Assembly (NCBI GenBank): GCA_951406725.2
Contig: OX597818.1
Location: forward strand, 52,576,001 to 52,640,000
Length of the DNA: 64,000 nucleotides
From: Octopus vulgaris
Lineage: Eukaryota
Direction of reading: 5' to 3'
In this document: piece after piece, positions 43,947-57,689 of the stretch
Layout: each line of letters opens with the position of its first letter
Position numbering within the stretch: position 1 is the stretch's first letter
Position numbers and translations under genes: made by a program
Notes under the pieces: generated by a model
What the model saw: only the letters and a program-made list of their open reading frames with translations
Databases searched by the model: none
Told to the model about the DNA's origin: nothing

Positions 43947-44267
43947 CTATCTATCTATCCGCTCAGTCGAAGTCGACTCTCGGATACTCGATGGATCAAT
44001 GTCCCCCAGCCAGTTCTATCCTATCCTGGGTCGCTTCTCTCAGATCGGCTATAACCATTCCCGTGTCACTCTTGATGGTATCAAGCCAGCGGGTTCTTGG
44101 TCGGCCTCTTCCTCTCTTGCCACTGACCATTCCGAGCATGATGTCCTTCTCCAGGGATTTTCTCCGCATAATATGACCAAAATATGTCAAATCTATGCCT
44201 GGTGATCCTAGCTTCTAGCGACAGTTTCGGCTTGATCTGGTTAAGAATTTCTCCATTGGTGAGCCTC
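43947..44267 (-). mobile_element. RTE/BovB-like LINE 3' end
   Basis: TNGEILNQIKPKLSLEARITRHR / TYFGHIMRRKSLEKDIMLGMVSGKRGRGRPRTRWLDTIK...LREATQDR. Ends gtcgacttcgactgagcg(GATA)n. Confidence 0.88.
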
Positions 44268-44903
44268 GCTGTATTATAGTAATACATATACAAACAGGTA
44301 AACGACTGCTATCAGATTATATATGACATTTATATATTTAAACGTGTCACAAAAGTATAGATCATAAAAAAAAGTAAGAATGTGCACAGATAATCTCTTT
44401 ACGGCTATTTCACGAATAGATATGCAGATAGTGCATTTCCGTGCAAATGAACAGTAGCTATCAAGAATGTAGCGATCCAGTCCATCACTGGAGAGAGAAT
44501 TAGGTAGTTCTTTAGTTGAGAAATTTAGTTGCGGTCAGTTCCATCATCGGAGAAAGGGGTAGGTCCATCACCGGAGAAAGAGATAGAGCCATTGTAGAGA
44601 GCTTTGGTCTACTGCTTATATAAGGTGTAGAGGTAAGTTTAAAGGAAAAGAGACAGGGAAAACAAAGTCATAATGATATGAGGATAGACAGAAACTAAAA
44701 GTCATTGCAGGGAAATGCAACATTTGTGTGTCTATTTTTGAAACAGCTGTAAAGCACTACCTGCATACTTTCCTTCCTTTTTTTAAAAATCTATTTACAC
44801 CTCTAACAAACCAACTCACACGTTTCGATATATAAATATCATAATCTAACCTGATACCAGTTTGCATGTTTATACTTTTATGTATGTATGAATAGATAGA
44901 AAG

Positions 44904-44952
<49 letters not shown>

Positions 44953-44955
<3 letters not shown>

Positions 44956-45458
44956 TGCCTTTCATTCTTTCGGGGTCGATTAAAAAAGTACCAGTTACGC
45001 ACTGGGGTCGATTTAATCGACTTAATCCGTTTGTCTGTCCTTATTTGTCCTCTCTGTGTTTAACCCCTTGTGGGTAGTAAAAAAATAGGTATTTCGTCTG
45101 CCGCTACGTTCTGAGTTCAAATTCCGCCGAGGTCGACTTTGCTTTTCATCCGTTTGGGGTCGATTAAATAAGTGCCAGTTACGCACTGGGGTCGATATAA
45201 TCGACTTAATCCGTTTGTCTGTCCTTGTTTGTCCTCTCTGTTTAGCCTCTTGTGGGTAGTAAAGAAATAGGTATTTCGTCTGCCGCTACGTTCTGAGTTC
45301 AAATTCCGCCGAGGTCGACTTTGCCTTTCATCCATTTGGGGTCGATTAAATAAGTACCTGTTACGTACTGGGTTCGATATAATCGACTTAATCCGTTTGT
45401 CTGTCCTTGTCTGTCCCCTCTGTGTTTAGCCCCTTGCGGGTAGTAAAGAAATAGGTAT
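44953..45458 (+). mobile_element. SINE family A, headless array of about three units
   Basis: Repeated ~183-bp unit starting directly after (CA)n. Confidence 0.88.
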
Positions 45459-46132
45459 CTCTTTCTCGAGGCTTGTTTTGTATCCATTCCCCTCTATGCT
45501 CAGGCGCTGCATTCAGCACAACGTCCAGTCCTTCTTCGCCAAAATGTCATCCCACTGAAAGTTTCCTTCCCCTGCTTGTTTATTTCATGCGGTAGTCCAC
45601 TAAGCAGAAGAACGTTAACGACATTAACACCCATCTCAGGTCTCAGAGGAACTCTGAAGGGCATGGGTACTATTCCTTCCGTCAAAACGTGAGTGTGCAT
45701 GTGTGTGTCTGTGTGTGTCTGTGTGTCTGTATGCATTATAAAGCATTCGAGCTAGACCCCCAGTCCTCAATCTTACTTTACCCTCCTCCCTTCCAACAGC
45801 CACGGAAGCCCTAATGTAGAACATAGGGTACTGCCCGACTGTCCTTCCTCCCTGACTAAACAATTAAAGATAACGAGTGCATGTGTGCCAGAGCATGTTT
45901 TGTGTGCGTGCGTGAATGTGTGTATATATATATATGTGTGTGTGTATGTGTGTGTGTGTGCGTGTATGTGCGCGCGTGTGTGTGTACATGTGCGTGTATG
46001 TGTGAATGTACATATACATGTATTATATGTACTCACGAGACACACATTTATAACTCATAAACAGCTATAAGAAAGTATACATGTATATATGTGCGTGTTT
46101 CTATATATATATATATATATATAATATATATA

Positions 46133-46214
<82 letters not shown>

Positions 46215-46286
46215 CATATATACACACATATATATATATATATATAGTATATATATATATAATATAAATAATATATAAATATATGC

Positions 46287-46317
<31 letters not shown>

Positions 46318-46714
46318 CATACCTACATATATGCATGTATAAGTATAAGTATATATGTAGGTATGTGTATCTACACACACTCACGTATATATATTCATGT
46401 ATACAGACATGCATGCATAACGAATGAAACTATGAAAAACAAGGACAATGCGACAGTGAGGAATCAAAACAAAAAGACTGAGAGAGTGAGTGAGTGAATG
46501 AGTGAGAGAAAGAGAGAGTGAGAGAGAGAGAGAAAGAGAGAGAGAGAGATGAGAGATGTTGAGATAAAGAGCAGATGTGATTGAACAGGAAAAGGAATAA
46601 AATAAAGGAAAATGAAGGAAATAAGATATAAAATCATGAACCAGAAAGCGATATAGACTAAACTGAAAATATCAGTACTGTTTAAATTATTGTTCTTGAC
46701 CTTGCTGCTGTTGC

Positions 46715-47020
46715 AGCTCGCTAGATGGAAGAAATCCGAAACGTGGTCCTTCGCTATTCGTAAGACCCGCAGAAGATAAAGCAGCTCAATACCCGGCGCA
46801 TCCAGGCTCATCGGTTGCGTAGGAAGTCGGGGACAACAAACAGGAAGAAAGAGTGAAAGAAAGAGTACAACAGGGGTCGCCACCACCCCCTGCCGGAGCC
46901 TCGTGGAGCCTTAGGTGTTTTCGCTCAATAAACACACACAACGCCCGGTCTGGGAATCAAAACTGCGATCCTCCGAGCGTGATTCCGCTGCCCTAACCAT
47001 TGGGCCATTGCCCCTCCACT
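46715..47020 (-). mobile_element. SINE family C head with tail Z
   Basis: Family-C head at ~46830-47020, followed by a GC-richer tail unlike X or Y. Tail boundary uncertain. Confidence 0.75.
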
Positions 47021-47063
47021 GATCTTGCTGCTGTTTAGACCTTGTCTAAACATTGATCAAGCA

Positions 47064-47109
<46 letters not shown>

Positions 47110-47157
47110 AAAAGAGAGGCGTTCCAATCATTTCAGAGTCGGCATATTTATGAATAT

Positions 47158-47952
47158 ATTCTTTTCTACTCTAGGCTCAAGGCTCGAAATTTTGGGGGAA
47201 GGGAGCCAGTCGATTAGATCAACCCCAGTACGCAACTGATACTTAATTTATCGACCCCGAAAGGATGAGAGGCAAAGTCGACCTCGGCGGAATTTGAACT
47301 CAGAACGTAAAGACAGACGAAGTCATTTTGCCCGGCGTCCTAACGTTTCTTATTTCTATATTGCCCTCAAGGGGCTAAACACAGAGAGGATAAACAAGGA
47401 CAGACAAAGGGACTAAGTCGATTACACAAACCTCAGTGCGTAACTGGTACTTATTTAATCGACTCCAAAAGGATGAAAGGCAAAGTCGACATCGGAGGAA
47501 TTTGAACTCAGATCGTAGCGGCAGACGAAATACCTATTTCTATTTCTTTACTACCTACAAGGGGCTAAACACAGAGGGAACATTACAGACAAAGAGATTA
47601 AGTCGATTACATCGAGCCCAGTGCATAACTGGTACTTAATTTATCGATCCCGAAAGGATGAAAGGCAAAGTTGACCTCGACGGAATTTGATCTCAGATCG
47701 TAACGGCAGTCGAAATAATCATTTCTTTACTACCCACAAGGGACTAAACACAGAGGGGACAAACAAGGACAGACAAACGGATTAAGTCGATTACATCGAC
47801 CCCATTGCGTAACTGGTACTTAATTTATCGACCCCGAAAGGATGAATGGCAAAGTCGACCTCGGCAGAATTTGAACCCAGTACGTAACGGCAGACGAAAT
47901 ATGGCTACGCATTTCGCCCGGCGTGCTAACGTTTCTGCTAGCTTGCCGCCTT
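47158..47952 (-). mobile_element. SINE family A, four-unit array
   Basis: Reverse complement of head, units and short tail. Confidence 0.9.
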
Positions 47953-48488
47953 TATTTATGAATATATCGCTATCCAAATGTGTCCATCCATTTTATACAC
48001 GACGATCCAGCAAGTCGTACGGCAATACGGCAATATTTAGTCGTTGTATTGTCCAAGTCAGTGCTTTCTGTCGAAATCCATGGAGGTAGGGTGCATACCG
48101 GTCTGGTGCCATTATGTAGCAGTATTGCTAGTATTTAGCCCCTGAGTAGCTCTGAGCAAGCAAGTTTAGGGAACAAATGCATGCCTATCAATAGAATCCC
48201 ATTTTGTACGGTTTTTTTTTTTTGTGGGACAGTATATCAGGGATAATTTAGATCCCTTTGTCCATCCGAACGGTAGGCACTTGCTTTTTCTAGCATGCGT
48301 TACGAACGTGTAGAGTATCATTTGTTGGCTTGATAATGAGCATTTATTTAATTGGGAAATGATGCGGAAAGGTTAAACTAGACAGACAAACAGACAAGGA
48401 AAAGGATATGGTGAAAATCTAGTGAAACAGAAACACACAGACAGACAGACAGATAGATAGATACATGCATACATACATATATGCGTAC

Positions 48489-48529
<41 letters not shown>

Positions 48530-48746
48530 TACGTATATAATTACAAATATATTATTATAATTAAGGGCGCTGGAGGGACAACGCCAATACGCTAGAATAG
48601 ATGTCGAATATCTACAAAGCACTCTTAATTTGTTCTCGCTTGACATCCACTTCTTACGTATTGGCATTATCCATTCAGTCTCTTTAGTTATATATTTATA
48701 ATTATATACTGAAATATTAATTTTACCTATATGGTGCTTTTTATAC

Positions 48747-48816
<70 letters not shown>

Positions 48817-48824
48817 ATAATAAC

Positions 48825-48876
<52 letters not shown>

Positions 48877-48931
48877 TAAGGGAATATTATTCCAAACTTA
48901 CAGGGAAAAATTCAATTTAGAAATACTAAAT

Positions 48932-49222
48932 CAAAGGCAAAGTCGACCCCGGCGAAATTTGAACTCAGAACGCAACGGCAAACGAAATACCTATTTGTTT
49001 ACAACCTACAAGGTGCTAAGCACAGAGAGGACAAACAAGGACAGACAAACGGATTAAGTCGATTACATCGACCCCAGTGCGTAACTAGTACTTACTTTAT
49101 CGACCCCGACATGTTGAAAGGCAAAGTGGACCTCGACGGAATTTGAACTCAGAACGTAGCGGCAGTTGAAATACCACTAAGCATTTCGCCCGGCGTGCTA
49201 ACGTTTCTGCCAACTCGTCGCT
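48932..49222 (-). mobile_element. SINE family A
   Basis: Reverse complement of the head and about 1.3 units. Confidence 0.88.
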
Positions 49223-50034
49223 TTTGAGAGTTGTGTATATCAATTAACAGGCGAGCGTAATAGGTAATAAAACCTCTCATGTTCAACACAGACAATTATT
49301 TTATAATAGAATACATATTTATAAATATAACTTGCATGTAATGATTTAAATGAATATTATGCTGAAATGGCTATCGTTTTATTAAAAGAAACGGCTAGCG
49401 TTTTATTAAAAGAAATGGCTACCGTTTTGATAAAAGAAGTAACATTATGCCGTTTTCTCTTTTCTTTTCATTTTGATTGCGAACAGAACAAGACAAAACA
49501 GACCGTTTCTAGCGAGTACGATCGATGCTGTTCATATTACTACGTATATTTTAAATGAATTTCTCTGCTCAAAACTATCTCCAGCTAATGCGATAAGCAA
49601 AACAATTCAAACAGAGTGGAATGTACTTTTGATCACGTACAAGACGTAACGACGCCTGTTACGACAGCTTACTAACACCACTGCGGTAAATCGCTAATCG
49701 TCTGTCTGCTAAATCTTTTATTTATTTATGTCTTTATTTACTTATCGCTAATCCCCGATTTTTTTTCTTTTTTCACTCAAGTAAATCAGCAACAGATGAT
49801 ATCATGACCGACAGCTGGTTGCACATATGTTAGCGTGCATTTTTTTTTCTTCTCTAATTCTATCTAACATTACTTTAATAACGTAAGTTGAATCAAATCG
49901 TAATTTAACAAGAAAACGTAACACAGCATAGTCCCCCCGGTGTTCGGAATTGCCACCTGTTTTTGTATTGAATACATATTTAAATATAGCATGCGTCTAA
50001 CATGAATATATGGTCGATATAGCTTTCTTCATAT

Positions 50035-50248
50035 AGGCGGCGAGCTGGCAGAATCGCTAGCACGCCGGGCGAAATGCGTTGCCGTATTTCGTCTGCCGTT
50101 ACGTTCTGAGTTCAAATTCCGCCGAGGTCGACTTTGCCTTTCATCCTTTCGGGGTCGATAATTAAGTACCAGTTGCGTACTGTGGTCGATTTAACCGACT
50201 GCCCCCTCCCCCAAAATTTCAGACATTGTGCCTAGAGTAGAAAAGGAT
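50035..50248 (+). mobile_element. SINE family A, monomeric short-tail form
   Basis: ggcggcgagctggcagaatcg...gagttcaaattcc...ccccaaaatttcagacattgtgcctagagtagaaaag. Confidence 0.9.
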
Positions 50249-50297
50249 TTACATTATTTACATTTGACAGATATTTGTTCTCATCTTGTTTGCTGTT

Positions 50298-50343
50298 AAC
50301 ACAACGCTTCGGCTGATATACCCTCCAGCCGTCATCAGGTGTC
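50298..50343 (-). ncRNA. Type I minimal hammerhead motif (one core mutation) in a Penelope-like terminus (~50248-50360)
   Basis: Minus strand gacac-CTGATGA-c-ggctg gagggtatat cagcc-GAAG-cg-TT-gtgtt. Stems I and II are intact. A15.1 is changed to G. Confidence 0.65.
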
Positions 50344-51052
50344 TTGGGGAAATTTCGAACAACGGTAATTTTATTCAGCTGAATACACGTCATTGGTTGG
50401 TTGAAATTACCGAAATAGGACAACTTTAACGTGAAATAACTTCGTAAATATAAGTTTTTTCTCAAAAATGCTAAGAGTAAAAGATGTTTTATATGACACA
50501 TTCTACCAGCGTCCGAAGTTTGAAAGTGTTTAGTAACAAAAAAGTATTTTTTTAAATCTGTCGGTCAAAAGGTAAAGATCCTACTATTGTTGACTCCAAA
50601 TTTACTAATTTATTACGTAACCCAACCAAATCTTACATGGACCCTCAGGGGCCACATTGGACCCCGGTCGAGAACCACAACTTAAAAAAAAACCCATTGC
50701 GCAAGCCACCAATCTTCCGAAAGGACACGACAACGTACTAACGCTGCTGTCGTTAAAACTAAATTCTATTCGTCTATTTTCTAAATTTATTATTTAATCC
50801 TTGATTTCTTTTTTTTTTACTTAATTGAATGAACAAAAGCAATGTCACTGCTGTAAACTCTATTTGTCTATTTATCTAACTGCCTGCCTGAGTTAATTAT
50901 AATCCTTCGCTCTTCACCTAAGTGAATCAACAACTTCGGCACACGGCTGTTTCAAAGAAGATTACACAGAGTTTGATAAACCAAGCAAATATTAATTAAT
51001 ACTCTCTGCTTCGCTTTTATTGCGACCGCTGTCGTTATTTCCCCAGTCGCAG

Positions 51053-51091
51053 TTACTATTGCTGCTGCTGCTGCTGCTACTACTACTACTG

Positions 51092-51157
<66 letters not shown>

Positions 51158-51193
51158 TTGCTGTTGCTGCTGCTGCTACAGCTACTGCTACTG

Positions 51194-51227
<34 letters not shown>

Positions 51228-51229
51228 CG

Positions 51230-51288
<59 letters not shown>

Positions 51289-51289
51289 G

Positions 51290-51336
<47 letters not shown>

Positions 51337-51448
51337 GTTGCTGCAGCTGTTGCCGCTGCTGCTTCTTCTACTACTATTACTACTACTACTACTATTGCTG
51401 TTGCTGCTGCTGCTTCTACTACTACTACTATTGCTGTTGCTGCTGCTG

Positions 51449-51518
<70 letters not shown>

Positions 51519-51533
51519 CACTACTACTACTAT
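51053..51533. repeat. (ACT)n/(GCT)n compound microsatellite
   Basis: Directly visible. Confidence 0.95.
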
Positions 51534-51911
51534 GCTGAGTTCCTCAAACTCCATAATTCATCTGTTACTCTCCTAATATTATGTAGACATGTGAAATACA
51601 ATGTAGAGTGTTACCGCTCTTTTTTTGTGATGCCGACTGGTTTTACAGCATTACCTGACCCTCGAGTGTCTTTTACAGATTTTGTAAATTTTTCTCAGTT
51701 TGCAAGTATTTGGGCCACACACTCACAACTGAGAGTTACTGTCTCTTTTCATCTTCCACACAAATACATTTGCCCGTCTATCGCTTTCCAAACGCATCCA
51801 ACAACCAGTATCTCTTCCTGAGCACCTCCTACATTGAGGACACATCTTATCCACCCCTCAGTGTTTGCACTCAATGACGTCAGCATTCACAACTATTCGT
51901 AGTTTTTTTGT

Positions 51912-52172
51912 TCCTTCTCGAGCCACACTGGCTCATAAGGGCCGGTTTCCCGGTTTCCTTGGCGTATAGGTTCCCCATTTGGATGCAGGAGGAAAGAGTG
52001 AGAGAACGTTGTGGCGAAAGAGTCAGCAGAAGTTCGCCATTACCTTCTGCATGAGCCGCGTGGAACTTAGGTTTTTCGCTCATAAGCACACACATCGCCC
52101 GGTCTGAGATTCGAAACCGCGATCTCTCGACCGCGAGTCCGATACTCTAACCACTAGGCCATGTGCCTCCAC
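51912..52172 (-). mobile_element. SINE family C head with tail Y
   Basis: Matches 43436-43731. 'cacaactattcgta' is duplicated on both flanks (~51888 and ~52170), a probable target-site duplication. Confidence 0.9.
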
Positions 52173-52659
52173 AACTATTCGTAACTCTCTCGGTCATTCT
52201 ATTCTGGCGCCGCTAGTCCACCAACAACTATTTTGCTATCAGGTTTCTTCACTGACCTGTCTCATCCCGTACACACAACTCAGATCGCTATTCAAATATT
52301 AGAAACAGTCTTGAACTCTTTGTCACCCTCCAAACCTAATCTATACAAAACTATAACCGTCCCTGCCTTTATCGGGTCGTCCAACTACTTTATGCAACAA
52401 GCTACCACACATTCACATTCCACACAGCAGACTACTTCTTGCACCTAGTAATACTTCAAGTCAGCTGACCTGTAAGACCCCACCAGTTTATGCTAAGTAC
52501 ACCCTGGCGATATATGTGTGAGATACACATACTAACACTATGAATAATAACCTTGAAACCCTCATGTAGAAATATGCCAATCGTAGGTATCAGTAAAAAT
52601 CAGTGCAGAACACTCAACTTTCTTATGAGCCACACTCAGTTACAACCCTCAAAATCGAT

Positions 52660-52891
52660 CCAATTGTTGGGCTTTGCTATCACTGAAGATCTCCACTGGA
52701 AGAAAGTATATCCTTAACATAGCTAGAATCGAATCTCAAAGACTGGATTTCTCCTCAGAACTAGAAAGTGCTTCAGTGCCCTACAATTATTTAAAGTCGT
52801 CCGTTATATGATTTATGTACCTCACTGTGCTGTGTTGTCTGTCCTTGTATTGTCCCCTCTTTAACGAGCCTGAGTGCTCAATAAAAGAAAT
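52660..52891 (+). mobile_element. Decayed CR1/L2-like LINE 3' portion
   Basis: LGFAITEDLHWKK / ILNIARIESQRLDF / LRTRKCFSALQL resembles LG.....L.W..HI. The tail resembles the SINE A tail. Confidence 0.55.
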
Positions 52892-53235
52892 CAGAAGTCG
52901 TAGGAGTCGTTGGGAGTTCATGGAAGCCGTAGGAGTCGTTGAGAGTTTGTATTTCTTAAAGTATCGTGTTTAGTTGAAGTACAAAGGTGAAGACAGTTGT
53001 GTCTATCCCCGCTTCGTGAAATCTGTATATCCAACGTATAGAAGGATATAAAAGTTATCAATAGTCTAAAAACTGGTGCTGTTATTGTTGTCTCATGATA
53101 CCTGGTAACATAACGGTACGACAAACAGTATTGATGGAATAAATAAGAGACTGAAATACGTTTTGGTGTCGATGTGATAGACTAAAAGCATTCATGGAGA
53201 TTTTCAAGAGCTTCTTAAGATTTGCTTTGGATCAT

Positions 53236-53505
53236 TAGGGCACGTTTCCCGGTTTCCGTGGCGTATAAGTTCCCCACCTGGACGGGACGCCGGTCCGTCG
53301 CAGGTGAACTGCAACATTCAGGAGGAAAGAGTGAAAGAAAGTTGTGGCGAAAGAGTCAGCAGAAGTTCGCCATTACCTTCTGCCAGAGCCGCGTGGAGCT
53401 TAGGTGTTTCGCTCATAAACACACACATCGCCCCGTCTGAGATTCGAACCCGCGATCCCTCGACCGCGAGTCCGCTGCTCTAACCACTAGGCCATGTGCC
53501 TCCAC
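53236..53505 (-). mobile_element. SINE family C head with tail Y
   Basis: Matches 43436-43731. Confidence 0.88.
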
Positions 53506-53641
53506 TTCTTGCGATTTGAAGTATGATAAACAAAAGAAGACGGTTTCCTTCACACCCTTGCTGCCAAACTGGTGGCCGGTCAGAATTTATTCTAAAGAGA
53601 AAGAGTACATTCATACATGCATACATACATACAACACACAC

Positions 53642-53757
<116 letters not shown>

Positions 53758-54403
53758 GCACACACACACTCATGATAAATTTACACACAAAATAACGGAT
53801 ATTATCCGAAATAACGAACATTGCATCTAATCAGTTCAAATATTAGACACGAAAGAAACTAAAGTTGTTATTGAAAGGTATAATTATGAGCTATAGCATA
53901 AATCTATCAGAAATCGATAAGTGCATAAACGAAGCTTAAAATTTGTAACACAATGCAAATATGGAATAACACATCAGTAAATAACACTCACCGCGCCAAT
54001 TCTTTTAACCGTTTACCCTAAACGTCTGCGTCCTTCTGTTTTATTTTATCGATGGAGATATGTCCGATCTGCTTCCGTTCAATCAATATTAGTCGGCCAT
54101 GTTGGACTGAAGTAAAAGAAACCAGGCTTTGTTCAAACATGAAAAACATTTATCGATCGTATTATGTACACCCAGGAATAAATTCAGTCTGTTAGACATA
54201 TTATCACACAAAGTGCTAGAACTAGAGAAACCATAGACTACGCTCAATATAATACACACTTAATAGAGAAATACAGCGTAATTTCGGCTCATTCGAAGGT
54301 CGTATTATTTACGGACGTTCTCGAGTAGTTGATAAATATAAATATGAATAATGATATAAGTCAATGCGATATTGATAAATGCATCGATCAAACTTAATAT
54401 ATA

Positions 54404-55107
54404 TGTGGTCTAATCAATAAGTATCCGGACTGTTGCTATTGTAACGAAGTTAAACCACAGAAAGTGAAGCCACTCGGCATAGATTGACCGTGAACTCTGC
54501 TGCACATACACACCAAGTTTTAACGTTCTAGCTCATTTCTGCTGTTTACAGCAGTGCTTGGAAGGAAGGTGTGTAGCGTGGGATCGTTGCACTGAACATG
54601 ACAGAGAAAGTTGAGCAGCGAATGTGCATCACATTTTTCCAAAAGCTTGGCGATACCTGCTCGGAAGCCTACGCAAAGTTTTCAAAAAGTTTTCATCGTT
54701 CTCGATACAATCAAGGAGATCTTGTGCAACTGAAACCCGAGTGTCTTTTTGGTCAGCTGAAAGCAGTTTTGGCACAAAACTTGGCAGACACGCATCTCAT
54801 TCTCAAATCTTCAGTGATAATGGACTGAACTGAACCGTAACTAGTCTATGCATTCCCTGATAATTCACGGATGATGACTGGAAGATTTCCCCTCACAGCT
54901 GCACGCAGATCTGCGATGTTGTTCTCAGTTCCGATGGCTGCAGGTCTCTCAGAACGTTCGTCAATATCGACATTTTTCGGCCATCTTGGAAACGTCTAAA
55001 CCACTCCTTTCCATATGCTTTCTGCAACTTTGCGTAGGCCTCTGGACAAGTATCGCCATGACAACTTTCTCTGTCATGGTCAATGCGATGATCAACACCT
55101 ACATTCC
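54404..55107. mobile_element. Rearranged mariner derivative: transposase 5' end on + joined to a longer 5' end on -
   Basis: Plus strand: TIR-like gtggtctaatcaataagtatccggac and MTEKVEQRMCITFFQKLGDTCSEAYAK. Minus strand (broken frames): WFRRFQDGR, DERSERP, SVQSIITEDLRMRCVSAKF/VPKLLSADQKDTRVSVAQDLL. Confidence 0.8.
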
Positions 55108-55140
55108 ATCGGGAAAATGCTAGCCTTTTTCCGATGGCCG

Positions 55141-55201
55141 GATAACTGAAGAGATGGTGGCGTGGATTTCCACCTCGGCATCGGAAACTCGGAGTTTTAT
55201 C
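55141..55201 (+). ncRNA. Hammerhead candidate, second copy of the 26469 family (element ~55130-55305)
   Basis: gataa-CTGAAGA-gatg...catc-g-GAAA-ctcggag-TT-ttatc. Downstream sequence matches 26530-26635 and ends in (TA)n. Confidence 0.6.
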
Positions 55202-55303
55202 TACGCTACTGAATAATTGTCACATATTACATTTACAGATAATTTCCTCCATATACATAATATCGAGGTCTCTTTCTCTCTTTTGTTATCTTACCGTTTT
55301 GAT

Positions 55304-55358
<55 letters not shown>

Positions 55359-55403
55359 TACATAGACGCACGCACACATATAGCTATATCTATCTATCTA
55401 TCA

Positions 55404-55535
<132 letters not shown>

Positions 55536-55581
55536 ATACATAGACGCACGCACACATATAGCTATATCTATCTATCTATCA

Positions 55582-55627
<46 letters not shown>

Positions 55628-55721
55628 ATATATATATATATATATCACGTGATCACGTGACCGACCAGACTATCAGATGTTACTACATATCACTGGTCAC
55701 AATGTTTTAGCCTTCAAATAA

Positions 55722-55897
55722 CAGAAGAAAGAATGAAAGAAGGTTGTGGTGAAAGAGTACAGCAGGGATCGCCACCACCCACTGCCGGAGCCTCGTAGAG
55801 CTTTTGCTGTGTTCGGTCAATAAACTTTCACAACGCCCGGTCTGGGAATAGAAACCGCAATCCTACGACCGCGAGTCCGCTGCCCTAACCACTGGGC
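55722..55897 (-). mobile_element. SINE family C fragment
   Basis: Matches 11250-11428. Confidence 0.8.
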
Positions 55898-55942
<45 letters not shown>

Positions 55943-56159
55943 GAAAGAGAGAGAGAGAGAGGGAGGGGGAAAGACAGATAGATAGACAAACTGTCAGAGA
56001 GACATCAAAATTAAAATATGCAGCATGAACCAAGTATGGAATCTATTACACCGAATGTGTGTGCTTGTGAACCGCGTGGCTGCTGATGATGGGGATGCGT
56101 TGCATTGTTGGTATGGCTATTATTGCGTGAGCAGAACAGTTTTATATGACATCCATTTG

Positions 56160-56185
56160 ATACATACATACATACATACATACAC

Positions 56186-56279
<94 letters not shown>

Positions 56280-56282
56280 GTG

Positions 56283-56313
<31 letters not shown>

Positions 56314-56412
56314 GTATATATGTATATATCTATATGTATATATATATATGTGTATATATATATGTGTATATGTATATGTATATATATATATGTATATATA
56401 TATATGTATATG

Positions 56413-56457
<45 letters not shown>

Positions 56458-56477
56458 GTATATATATATATGTATAT

Positions 56478-56509
<32 letters not shown>

Positions 56510-56590
56510 GTATATATATATGTATACGTATATATATATATATATATATATATCTACATGCAGACGCACCCATATATGCATACGTTTACA

Positions 56591-56641
<51 letters not shown>

Positions 56642-56904
56642 ATTCACACACATTCACACGCATAATTCCGCTGATAATTGCCTATCTGTTATATATGATA
56701 TACTTTAAGTTTGATCTTTCCGTTTATCCATTTCGCATAGACTTAAGCCATTGTCCGCGTTTATTTCTGTTAATAAACACTTAAGCACATTCCTGAATAG
56801 CATTTGCGTTGGATTTGCCGAAAATACAGCGTAATTTCGGCAATAAGTGCGTATTGTTTTGTGTGGTCTATGGTCTCTCCAACTGAAGTCGATGAAAGAC
56901 ATTA

Positions 56905-56983
<79 letters not shown>

Positions 56984-57273
56984 GCACACACACACATAAT
57001 TTGCGTCATCCCGCACAACATACATATTTACTGCACATATACAGAGACACACACAAGCACACACACACACGAGGACACACAGAAAAAACACACACATGTT
57101 TACATATCATAGCGCTCCAACACTCACCCATGCAGACACATTCACCCATGCAAGCACACACGCACACATGCACTCACACACACTCACATAAACACAAACA
57201 CACACACGCACGCATATACTATCATCCCATGCAACGCTCCCTACTATACAAACAGGCTATCGCTACTCGCACG

Positions 57274-57311
<38 letters not shown>

Positions 57312-57390
57312 GAAAACCATGTATAAATATATACATTCCACACACATTCATATACACACACATACACACACACACACTATTATACACACA
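56160..57390. repeat. Compound (TA)n/(TATG)n/(CA)n fields
   Basis: Directly visible. Interrupted by a non-microsatellite block at ~56660-56905. Confidence 0.85.
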
Positions 57391-57689
57391 TGCATTAACA
57401 TGCAGTAGCCATTTTATCACTCTCCTCCCTTCAAAAACCACATTCTCTACTTCTCTCTAACTTCCGGTCAGTTAATTTTCGGCCATGTAACAGCACATGT
57501 CCTTTTCCCCGGACGATATATTCGTTCCTCCTTTTATTCTTTGGATTTTTTTCTTTTTCCGAAGAAGGGCCATGCTTGAAACTTCATCTTTCGCTCCTAT
57601 TTTTCCCTCTAAAACTTTTACTGACGTCAATCTATGATAGGAGTGGGGCCAATAAAATGGACAGCTGGGGGGAAATAGGTAATTCCTGA

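Noticed and set aside
44735-44755. GAAACAGCTGTA half-hammerhead
   Set aside because: No CUGANGA core or stem II nearby.
45504-45688. Possible plus-strand exon (ctcAG ... GTGAGT, one open frame)
   Set aside because: The peptide is unrecognisable, the opposite strand is also open, and no partner exons were found.
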